This document shows, one piece after another, positions 7,764 through 15,648 of a DNA stretch of 28,295 bases (positions are counted from its first letter, which is position 1; each line of letters opens with the position of its first letter). The stretch spans positions 1-28,295 of the forward strand of contig JBFYPS010000359.1 of NCBI GenBank assembly GCA_041303135.1, in the 5' to 3' direction. A program made the position numbers and the translations under genes. The notes under the pieces are model-generated. The model had not been told where the DNA came from. It ran no database searches and was given only the letters and a program-made list of their open reading frames with translations. This stretch comes from Crocinitomicaceae bacterium. GTDB taxonomy: Bacteria > Bacteroidota > Bacteroidia > Flavobacteriales_D > Crocinitomicaceae.

Positions 7764-8621
7764 TTATTTACCGCCTTTTTTAGCTGTTGCGATGATTTCA
7801 TCTGCCATTTTAACGTAAGCATTGTCGCCGTCTGCTGTCGCTAATTTTTTCACGATCTCTGCTGTTGCCATCGCGTTTTTGTAGTCTTTCAATTCCAATT
7901 GGATTTTAGCTTTCAAATTCCCAACCCAATAAGCATCAGGATTTAATTCAAATGCTTTTGTTGCCCAATCCAAGGCTTGTTTCATGTCTTTTTTGTTGTC
8001 GTAATAATACGAAGCTGCTGTATAAAATGGTCTCGCGTCTTTTGCCATTGTTGTTTCAATGTTTTTCATCACGCGCTCATCTACTTCTGTCGTGATATCA
8101 AAAGCTACCACTGTATTTTCCCAAGACATTTCCAACGTTGCTTGAAGCGGTTTTAAATTGGCGAAATCGATGGTAAAAGTTTCCGTTTTTTCTGTTTTGG
8201 TTTTCACAGCTGCTTTGAAACGCATCAAATCTTCTGCTTCAGAATATCCAAAAGCGCCACTCAATTTGGTGTTTTTGTTCAAAATAATTGTCCATTCTGT
8301 TTTGCTAGGAATTGTAAACAAAGAATAAGTTCCAGCTGGTACTGCTTTACCTTCAATTTTTACATCTTCACCAAATGTGATTTTTGTACAAGCATTCGCA
8401 CCAGTTCTCCAAATGGCATCAAATGGCACGACATCACCAAAAACAACTCGTCCGCGAGCGCTTGGTCTGCTGTATTCAACAGTCAATTCTGTTAAACCAA
8501 AGTTTTGTTTTACTGTTGAAAAAGGACTTAAAGAAGGTGTTTTGATCGATTGTGCTTGGCTGTTAAAACCAAATCCAACTGCGACAAATACTGTCAAAAA
8601 TGCTGAGATAACTTTTTTCAT
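7764..8621 (-). CDS. DUF2911 domain protein with a C-terminal TPR-like segment
   Basis: Signal peptide, PSLSP...Q.FGLTE..VEYSRPS.RGR.VFG..VP....WRTGAN, GTYSLFTIP, and a C-terminal YYTAASYY..ALDWATKA helical repeat. Confidence 0.88.
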   Translation of the reverse strand: MKKVISAFLTVFVAVGFGFNSQAQSIKTPSLSPFSTVKQNFGLTELTVEYSRPSARGRVVFGDVVPFDAIWRTGANACTKITFGEDVKIEGKAVPAGTYSLFTIPSKTEWTIILNKNTKLSGAFGYSEAEDLMRFKAAVKTKTEKTETFTIDFANLKPLQATLEMSWENTVVAFDITTEVDERVMKNIETTMAKDARPFYTAASYYYDNKKDMKQALDWATKAFELNPDAYWVGNLKAKIQLELKDYKNAMATAEIVKKLATADGDNAYVKMADEIIATAKKGGK

Positions 8622-8756
8622 TTTGATTTTTTTTAATTTATTGAAGTGTGAAATTACGAAATATTCGGGATTCCAATTCTTTTTAGAAACAAGTTGAATT
8701 CAGAATTGTTTTGAAAGGCAATAAAAGATGAATCAGTTGATTATCTCGAGCGTATT

Positions 8757-10208
8757 TTATCCTTTTTTGAAACTTTTCATTGGATCTTCTAAAAACCAGA
8801 ATATCCCAACAAATAGCAACAACAAGAAATTATTGAAGAAAAATTTCACGATTCCTCCAGGTTCAAAACTGAACCAAGTTGAAATCCAGAAAAGCAACAA
8901 ACTGCTTCCTAGATAAACTACAAATTTGCGTAAATTGTATTTGATTGGATAATATTTTTGTCCGAGTAAATAAGACGCAACCATTTGAGCACCATATACA
9001 ATCATCGTTGCCCAAGCGCATGCCATGTAGCCATATTTTGGTATAAAAAGCAAATTGATAATAATTGTCAAACTCGCGCCACCAATGGCAATGTAAGCAC
9101 CAAATTTGGTTTGTCCGCTCAGTTTGTACCAAATACTTTGATTGTAATAAATTCCTAAAAAAATGTTTCCAAGCAACAAAACGGGCACAACGCTTAAACC
9201 AACCCAATAGCTTTCTTTGCTGATGAAATGCTTGAAAATATCAATGTTCAAAGTCACTAATAAAAACACGACGCAAACCATCGCAATGAAATAGTTCATG
9301 ACTTTGATATAGACTTTGTTTTTGTCTTGATTTTTAGCCTGTGAAAAGAAAAATGGTTCCGCGGCATAGCGATATGCTTGCAATAAAATCGTGACCAACA
9401 TCGCCAGTTTGTAGCATGCGCTGTAAATCCCTACTTGAATCATCGAATATTCAATCGAATGTCCACTCGCGTGTGTAACGTGTTTGAGCAAAATTCGGTC
9501 GATGGTTTCATTGATAATTCCCGCAAAACCAGCAATGACCAATGGTGCTGCATATTTGAGCATTTCCTTGGCAAGTTCAACATTGTAGGTCCATTTTAGG
9601 TACAAAAAATCTTTGTACAACATCACAGGTTTCACCAAAGAAGACAATAAATTGGCTATCAAAATAAAGAAAACAGCTTCTTCGGGATTGCTTCTATCGA
9701 CCACAAAACCAATCAAAATCACATTGAGTAAAATATTGACTCCGATGGATGTAAATTGAATGGTTGCAAATTTGACTGCTTTTTCTTCAGCGCGCAGTTT
9801 GGCTAAAGGCAAGCTTGTCACCGCATCAATGCAAACGATAGTGATGAGTAAAATAATGTATTCATTGTGATCTGAATACAGCATCGCATTGGCAATGTTT
9901 TGATTGAAAAAAATCATGATCGCAAAAAATGCAATATTGATTCCGATGACGGTGAGAAAACTATTTCGAAAAACTTCTTCGCGGTCTTCTTTTTCGTGTA
10001 AAAATTTGAAAAAAGAAGTTTCCATTCCAAACGTTAGAATGACAATTAAAAACGCAACCCATGCATACAATTCAGAAACGACGCCGTATTTTTCAGGGTC
10101 GATTACTTTGGTGTGCAACGGAACGAGCAAATAATTTAGCAGACGTCCCAAAATACTTGGAAGTCCATAAATGGCTGTTTGCCCTAAAAGTTTTTTAATT
10201 GGATTCAA
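8757..10208 (-). CDS. Oligosaccharide/polysaccharide flippase (Wzx/MOP superfamily)
   Basis: About 12-14 hydrophobic segments; LAGQT-like LGQTAIYGL, FGMETSFF, IDRILL, YSACYKLA and YRYAAEPFFF. TTG start directly abuts the upstream stop. Confidence 0.85.
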   Translation of the reverse strand: MNPIKKLLGQTAIYGLPSILGRLLNYLLVPLHTKVIDPEKYGVVSELYAWVAFLIVILTFGMETSFFKFLHEKEDREEVFRNSFLTVIGINIAFFAIMIFFNQNIANAMLYSDHNEYIILLITIVCIDAVTSLPLAKLRAEEKAVKFATIQFTSIGVNILLNVILIGFVVDRSNPEEAVFFILIANLLSSLVKPVMLYKDFLYLKWTYNVELAKEMLKYAAPLVIAGFAGIINETIDRILLKHVTHASGHSIEYSMIQVGIYSACYKLAMLVTILLQAYRYAAEPFFFSQAKNQDKNKVYIKVMNYFIAMVCVVFLLVTLNIDIFKHFISKESYWVGLSVVPVLLLGNIFLGIYYNQSIWYKLSGQTKFGAYIAIGGASLTIIINLLFIPKYGYMACAWATMIVYGAQMVASYLLGQKYYPIKYNLRKFVVYLGSSLLLFWISTWFSFEPGGIVKFFFNNFLLLLFVGIFWFLEDPMKSFKKG

Positions 10209-10988
10209 TTAAGCGCGAAAATTTGGTTTTCTTTTTTCGATAAATGCCGTTGTTCCTTCGTTGAAATCAGCTGTTCCAAAACAAGCGCCAAATTCAGCAA
10301 TTTCGACTTCAAAACCATTCACACCACTTCTGAAATTGGCATTCACAGCGTTGATTGCGCTTGCAATGGCAGTAGCGGAATTATTTAGGATTTTATTTGC
10401 CATTTTTTCGGCAGTTGCATGTAATTCCTCCAATGCACATACATCGTTTACCAATCCCCATTTCAGTGCTTCTTCAGCTGGAATCATTCCTGCAGTGAAA
10501 ACCATTTCATTCGCTTTTCCACGTCCTACCAATTGCGGTAAACGTTGTGTTCCACCGTAACCGGGAATCAATCCCAAAGAAACTTCTGGAAGTCCCATTT
10601 TTGCATTTGATGAAGCAATTCTGATATGACAAGACATCGCCAATTCTAGTCCGCCACCCAATGCAAAACCATTGACAGCAGCGATGACTGGTTTGCTCAT
10701 ATTTTCAATAAAATCAAACAACAAAGCTTGGCCTTTTGCAGCCAATTCCTTTCCTTGCAATGTATCAAAATCAGCGAATTCTTTGATGTCAGCGCCCGCA
10801 ACGAAAGATTTTTCGCCTGAACCTGTTAAAATCACAACGCCCGTTTTGGAATCGTTGTTTGCTGCGTCTAAAGCCAATCTCAATTCTTGGATTGTTTCTT
10901 TGTTCAAGGCGTTCAATTGCGATGGACGATTGATAGTTATCCAAAGAATTTGACCTTTTTGTTCTGCAATAATATTGTTGTATGCCAT
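10209..10988 (-). CDS. Enoyl-CoA hydratase/isomerase (crotonase family)
   Basis: Motifs INRP..LNALN, FVAGADI, IAAVNGFALGGGLELAM, GLPEVSLGLIPGYGGTQRL and AFIEKRKP.F. Start set at MAYNN (10988). Confidence 0.93.
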   Translation of the reverse strand: MAYNNIIAEQKGQILWITINRPSQLNALNKETIQELRLALDAANNDSKTGVVILTGSGEKSFVAGADIKEFADFDTLQGKELAAKGQALLFDFIENMSKPVIAAVNGFALGGGLELAMSCHIRIASSNAKMGLPEVSLGLIPGYGGTQRLPQLVGRGKANEMVFTAGMIPAEEALKWGLVNDVCALEELHATAEKMANKILNNSATAIASAINAVNANFRSGVNGFEVEIAEFGACFGTADFNEGTTAFIEKRKPNFRA

Positions 10989-11083
10989 GATTTGTAAATT
11001 TTTCATTGTAAAGATAAAAATATCAGTCAAGGAAAGGATGAAATGAGGGAGGATTTATTTTTTCAGTTCAACATTCGAACAAC

Positions 11084-12589
11084 CTAAAAATCCTTTTTTG
11101 ATTTAAAAACTATCGTTTGAAAACCCAATTTTTGCAATCTTTTTAAATCTTCTTCCATAGGGATAAATGGATAGGCGATTTCATTGTGGAAGTACATCCA
11201 TGAAATATTGGCGTATTCAAAATCATTGATTCCAAAAACGATTCTTTTGGGATTATCTTTGCCATTTTTAACGATGAAATTTTGCGCATCAATTCTTGAG
11301 ATTCGACCAGATTGTTCCATGGTGTCATTCTTAAATCCATAGGCTGTGAGCGTTGGACCTGGTTTGAACATCCAATTTAATACTAACAATGAAAACAAAG
11401 CCAAAGCGAAACGACGAACCCAATTTATTTTAATCAATGCTGAAAAATGGGTCAATCCAAACGCGATAATCAGGGCAACAAAACTGAAAACAGGAATTGC
11501 AAAAGCGGGCATTTTGGTAGGCACGTAGGTGAAAAATCCGTAAACAAGGATTAAACTTGAAAGCATTAAAAGGATATTTTTCCTCGAAATTTTCGCTAAA
11601 AAAAGTGCAACAATTCCAAGTAAAAGCAAAATAAAAAATTCAGTTTGATGAAAGTAAACTGTCTGAATTTGTTCATAATGAAACCAAGCAGAACCTTCGT
11701 GTTTTTCAATTACTTCTGAGACATGTTTGGCATTGTAAGCCATTTCGTGCGCTGCTTCGTTAGGAAATTTGATGAAGGTATAAATTTGCCAAGGAATGAA
11801 AACCAAGCAAGTTATTCCCAGTGCTTTCACAAAACAGATTGCTTTTTGCCAAAAATGTTCTTGTTTGAGTTGCTGCAAAAGGACAAATCCCCATGCGCCA
11901 AAAACGAGTAAACCGACCAACCATTTTGTCAAAATTGCACAACCAGCGAAAACGCCAATCCAAATCAACCATTTTTGTTTTTGAGAATGTTGAAATTCGA
12001 ACCACGCCCAAAATGAAAATGTGATGTAGCAAAGAAAAATGAAATCATTGTGATCGGTACCAATTCTTCCAGAAACTAATCCGAGCAAGAAACTTGAATG
12101 CATCACAAGCAATGCCGCTAGAAATCCTGTTTTTCGATTGATAATCAAGGTTCCTATTCTAAAAATGGAGGCGACCAATAAACCATGAAAAAGTACCGAC
12201 GGCAATCGCACGGCAAAAACATTGTTTCCAAAAATCTTGATGCTTAATGCCATTTGCCAAGTAAAAAGCGGTTGTTTGTGTAGCCAAACTTGCGCATTGA
12301 CCCAGTTTTCGGGATTTAAACCCAAAGGTTCGTTTCTAAATAACCTCGGTACAAATGGATTTTCGGATAAATTTTTCCCAACCAAGGCATGAAATTGTTC
12401 ATCCCAAGTGTAGAAATAGGGCGCGAACATCGCAAAAGCAGCAGCTAAAAAGAATGCTGTGAAAAAAAGTAGAATCGAAGTGAATTTTTGAAATTTGAAA
12501 TATGAAAAAATGGTAAAACCAAGAAAAATCAGCCAACAAATTAGAAGAATCAAAGAATGATTTCCGATATTTTGGATGGATTCAATCAT
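11084..12589 (-). CDS. GT-C fold glycosyltransferase (ArnT/PMT, family 39/83-like)
   Basis: Multi-pass membrane protein with WDE, HKQPLF.W, AVRLPS and LTKWLVG motifs. Confidence 0.85.
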   Translation of the reverse strand: MIESIQNIGNHSLILLICWLIFLGFTIFSYFKFQKFTSILLFFTAFFLAAAFAMFAPYFYTWDEQFHALVGKNLSENPFVPRLFRNEPLGLNPENWVNAQVWLHKQPLFTWQMALSIKIFGNNVFAVRLPSVLFHGLLVASIFRIGTLIINRKTGFLAALLVMHSSFLLGLVSGRIGTDHNDFIFLCYITFSFWAWFEFQHSQKQKWLIWIGVFAGCAILTKWLVGLLVFGAWGFVLLQQLKQEHFWQKAICFVKALGITCLVFIPWQIYTFIKFPNEAAHEMAYNAKHVSEVIEKHEGSAWFHYEQIQTVYFHQTEFFILLLLGIVALFLAKISRKNILLMLSSLILVYGFFTYVPTKMPAFAIPVFSFVALIIAFGLTHFSALIKINWVRRFALALFSLLVLNWMFKPGPTLTAYGFKNDTMEQSGRISRIDAQNFIVKNGKDNPKRIVFGINDFEYANISWMYFHNEIAYPFIPMEEDLKRLQKLGFQTIVFKSKKDF

Positions 12590-13122
12590 TTTTTAGCACG
12601 CAAGCGTTTGTAGATTTGAATGGCAATCATCAGTCCAACCGCCACGCCAAAAAATCCGAGTGTACCAGTAATCCAATTGAAAGTTGATTTCAAAACAACG
12701 AGGAAAACAATGGCAACTAAAAACAAGGTCGCGAGTTCATTCCACAAGCGCAATTGTGTTGATTTCCATCGGAAAATATTTTGTTTGAATTTAACCATGA
12801 TGTTTTGACACAAAAAATGGTAAACTAAGAGCAATACGACAAAAACCAACTTGATTTGAAACCAGGGCGCATACAAATAACTAGGATTTAGAATCACCAT
12901 CCAAGTGCCAAAAATGACGGTCAATACCATCGCTGGAGTAGTAATAATCCACCATAATTTCTTCTCCATGATGACAAATTGATTGGAAAGAATTTCTTTT
13001 TCAACCTCAGATTTTGCTTGCGCTTCCACATGATAAATAAATAAGCGAACCATGTAAAATAACCCTGCAAACCAACTCACCACAAAAATGATATGTAAAG
13101 CCTTAACTGTTAATAAATCCAT
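12586..13122 (-). CDS. hemJ: Protoporphyrinogen IX oxidase HemJ (CopD/UPF0093 family)
   Basis: Motifs KALHIIFVVSWFAGLFY..RLFIYH.E, MEKKLW.II.TPAM, KL.FV.LL..YH and RLWNE..T. Confidence 0.9.
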   Translation of the reverse strand: MDLLTVKALHIIFVVSWFAGLFYMVRLFIYHVEAQAKSEVEKEILSNQFVIMEKKLWWIITTPAMVLTVIFGTWMVILNPSYLYAPWFQIKLVFVVLLLVYHFLCQNIMVKFKQNIFRWKSTQLRLWNELATLFLVAIVFLVVLKSTFNWITGTLGFFGVAVGLMIAIQIYKRLRAKK

Positions 13123-13126
13123 GGCA

Positions 13127-13134
13127 CAAAAATA
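13127..13134 (-). promoter_or_regulatory. -7 promoter box for hemJ (near-leaderless geometry)
   Basis: TATTTTTG followed by TGCC and then ATG. Confidence 0.6.
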
Positions 13135-13144
13135 CTAAAAAAAA

Positions 13145-13308
13145 GACCCGCTTCGCTTTAGGATTTTAAGATATTAGGACACGTTGCTACGCAACTTTAA
13201 GACTTTGATTTTTGTTTCTGCAAAATTTTTAGAATGATTGCAAATAATAAAGAATATCACAAGTCTTATCATCCTAATATCTTAATATCTTAAAATCCTT
13301 TTGTCTTG
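13145..13308 (+). repeat. Octamer tandem-inverted-repeat element, copy 2
   Basis: Left arm taggattt/taagatat/taggacac/[gttgc-tac-gcaac]tt/taagactt. Right arm aagtctta/tcatccta/atatctta/atatctta/aaatcctt/ttgtcttg (13261-13308). Homologous to 8-162 in inverted orientation. Confidence 0.9.
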
Positions 13309-13338
13309 AAAAAAAATACTTTCAATTTGATAATTGAT

Positions 13339-13346
13339 TACTTTTG
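13339..13346 (+). promoter_or_regulatory. -7 promoter box for the bacilliredoxin gene
   Basis: TACTTTTG, 57 nt upstream of the ATG at 13404. Confidence 0.6.
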
Positions 13347-13403
13347 TATATAATAATAAAACACTTAGTTTAATTTAAACTTTGTTAATCAAATTTAGAA
13401 GTT

Positions 13404-13817
13404 ATGTATCCAGAACAATTAGTTGCCCCGATGAAAGAAGACCTTATTAAAGTGGGCTTTAAACAATTAGTAACTCCGTCAGAAGTTGACGCTTCCATTC
13501 CAGATTCTAAAGGAACTGTGTTGGTGGTTGTGAATTCTGTTTGTGGTTGTGCAGCAGGAAATATGCGTCCAGGCGTAAAATTATCTTTGTCTAATGATAA
13601 AGTTCCTGCGAACTTAACAACTGTTTTTGCAGGTGTTGACGGTGAAGCGGTGGCGCAAGCAAGAAAATACTTTTTGCCATATCCTCCATCATCTCCATCT
13701 ATCGCGCTTTTCAAAGATGGCGAATTGGTTCATTTCCTAGAAAGACACCATATCGAAGGCGGAACAGCTCAAATGATTGCCGATAATTTGACAGAAGCAT
13801 ACAACGAATTCTGTTAA
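13404..13817 (+). CDS. BrxA/BrxB family bacilliredoxin (YphP/YqiW, DUF1094)
   Basis: Motifs MYPEQLVAPMKEDL..GF, VVVNSVCGCAAG..RP (CGC motif), TVFAG.D.EA...AR and PPSSPSIALFKDG.LVHFLERH.IEG. Confidence 0.92.
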   Translation: MYPEQLVAPMKEDLIKVGFKQLVTPSEVDASIPDSKGTVLVVVNSVCGCAAGNMRPGVKLSLSNDKVPANLTTVFAGVDGEAVAQARKYFLPYPPSSPSIALFKDGELVHFLERHHIEGGTAQMIADNLTEAYNEFC

Positions 13818-13836
13818 TTCATTGATTCAAATTTTG

Positions 13837-13874
13837 AAAGGATTGTAAGCTTTAAGTTTGCAATCCTTTTTTTT
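13837..13874 (+). terminator. Intrinsic terminator after the bacilliredoxin gene
   Basis: aaaggattgtaagc-tttaa-gtttgcaatccttt followed by a T-run. Confidence 0.85.
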
Positions 13875-13978
13875 GTTTTAAAGAATCTTTAAAGCACAAA
13901 TTTTCACAAATCAAAACATCGAAACCAATGTTTTGTTAATATTGATTCCTTATTATTCATCCAATTAAAATTTAAAAA

Positions 13979-15142
13979 ATGCTCAATTTTGAAATTCACA
14001 ATCCTACCAAAATCGTTTTCGGAAAAGACCAATTAAGTAAACTTGCGCAATATATTTCAAACGCCACTGATTCCAAAAAAATCTTGTTGGCTTACGGAGG
14101 TGGAAGCGCCGAAAAAATCGGCTTATTAGATAAAATTAGAACGGAATTGCACGATTTTGAAATCATCGAATTTGGTGGGATTGAAGCCAATCCAGAATTT
14201 GATACTTTGATGCAAGCAGTAGAAGTTTGTCGAACTAGAAATCTCGGATTCATCCTCGCAGTGGGCGGTGGATCGGTGATTGACGGCGTCAAATTTATCT
14301 CAGGTGCTATCAATTACGCTGGTGATCCGTGGGAAGTTTTGTTGCGCGAAGAAGGAAAAGTTTTCACTTCTGCCGTTCCATTTGGCAGCGTATTGACAAT
14401 TCCAGCAACGGGTTCAGAAGCCAACAGTGGCGCGGTGATTAGCCGTTCGTCTTTGAAAGAAAAACGCACGATGGGTGGACCATTATTTTTTCCGGTTTTC
14501 TCCTTTTTAGATCCAACAGTAGTGGCAACTTTGCCGAAACGACAATTGGCTAATGGAATTACAGATGCTTTCATGCACACTTTGGAACAGTATTTAACAT
14601 ACCCAACTGCCAATTTATTGCAAGAAAGAGAAGCTGAAGCAGTGTTGTCAACATTGATTGAGATTGCACCAAAAGTGCTTGAAAATCCTGCCGATTACGA
14701 AGCTGCTGCAAATTTAATGTGGTGTGCAAACCACGCCTTGAATGGCAATTTGCGTTGCGGTGTTCCAACGGATTGGTCGACGCACATGATTGGACATGAA
14801 CTTACAGCATTGTATGGTATTGATCATGCGCAATCGTTGGCAATTATTTGTCCGCGCTTGTTTGAAGTAAAATTCGAAAACAAAAAAGCCAAATTAGAAC
14901 AATACGGAAAACGTGTTTGGCACCTTACGGGCGATAATGTTGCTGGAGCTACCATTGCGAAAACGGAATCATTTTTCCATTCATTGGGAATCAAAACACA
15001 CATTTCGGATTACACGTCTGAAGGCAAAGATGCAGCGCAGATTATCAAAGCCCGTTTCGCTGAACGTCAGTGGATTGCCATGGGTGAAAGACAAGATTTA
15101 ACGCTCGATGAGGTAGAAAAAATCGTGACAAACGCGCAGTAA
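13979..15142 (+). CDS. Iron-containing alcohol dehydrogenase, YqhD/BdhA-like (probably NADPH-dependent)
   Basis: Motifs NPT.IVFGK, YGGGS, GGIEANP, AVGGGSVIDG.K, TIPATGSE, D...HTLEQY, H.IGHELTALYGIDHA. Confidence 0.92.
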   Translation: MLNFEIHNPTKIVFGKDQLSKLAQYISNATDSKKILLAYGGGSAEKIGLLDKIRTELHDFEIIEFGGIEANPEFDTLMQAVEVCRTRNLGFILAVGGGSVIDGVKFISGAINYAGDPWEVLLREEGKVFTSAVPFGSVLTIPATGSEANSGAVISRSSLKEKRTMGGPLFFPVFSFLDPTVVATLPKRQLANGITDAFMHTLEQYLTYPTANLLQEREAEAVLSTLIEIAPKVLENPADYEAAANLMWCANHALNGNLRCGVPTDWSTHMIGHELTALYGIDHAQSLAIICPRLFEVKFENKKAKLEQYGKRVWHLTGDNVAGATIAKTESFFHSLGIKTHISDYTSEGKDAAQIIKARFAERQWIAMGERQDLTLDEVEKIVTNAQ

Positions 15143-15166
15143 TTTTTTAGAAAAGGATATTGATTG

Positions 15167-15203
15167 AACACCGTTTGAACTTGGTTTGAATGGTGTTTTT
15201 TTT
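15167..15203 (+). terminator. Intrinsic terminator after the Fe-ADH gene
   Basis: aacaccgtttgaac-ttg-gtttgaatggtgtt followed by a T-run. Confidence 0.85.
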
Positions 15204-15219
15204 ATAGTTTTCTTTAAGT

Positions 15220-15495
15220 TTTGCCCGCTCTGGGGCAAAGATTTGTAGGTATTCAGTTTTTTAAATAGTTCAGCCCTGCTAGGGCTGTGCGTTGATTTTT
15301 AAAATAGTGTAGGTATTGCAGAGGTTTGATTTTCAATTTGTCTTTGTTTTTAAAAATGATTTATTCTTTTGATGGATAACTGTAAATTTTTAATTTATCA
15401 TTTTTAGCAAAATACAAAGCCTCAGAGAGGCTGAACAATCCTAGAAAAAAATTGTTTTTTTTTCGTTTTTGTTGCCCCAGCGTGGGCAAAACAAA
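15220..15495. repeat. Cluster of four GC-rich REP-like hairpins in mirror arrangement
   Basis: H1 tttgccc-gctctg-gggcaaa (15220-15239), H2 cagccct-gct-agggctg (15271-15287), H3 agcctc-aga-gaggct (15418-15432), H4 ttgccc-cagcgt-gggcaa (15472-15489). revcomp(H1) resembles H4 and revcomp(H2) resembles H3. Confidence 0.8.
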
Positions 15496-15648
15496 ATTTT
15501 TATATATTAAGCGATTTTAATCGTGAATCACCATTTCACCAAGCAAGAAGAAATCCATTTTCATCTGATTCATTCCCTTGTTTGTCGGTTTTTGTTTCTT
15601 TATAGAAGAGAAGAAGAAAACAGAAGGAAAAAACACCATAATTTAAAC

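Noticed and set aside
13327-13341. TGATAATTGATTAC as a Fur/PerR box upstream of the bacilliredoxin gene
   Set aside because: Only one half-site matches, which is expected by chance at this AT content.
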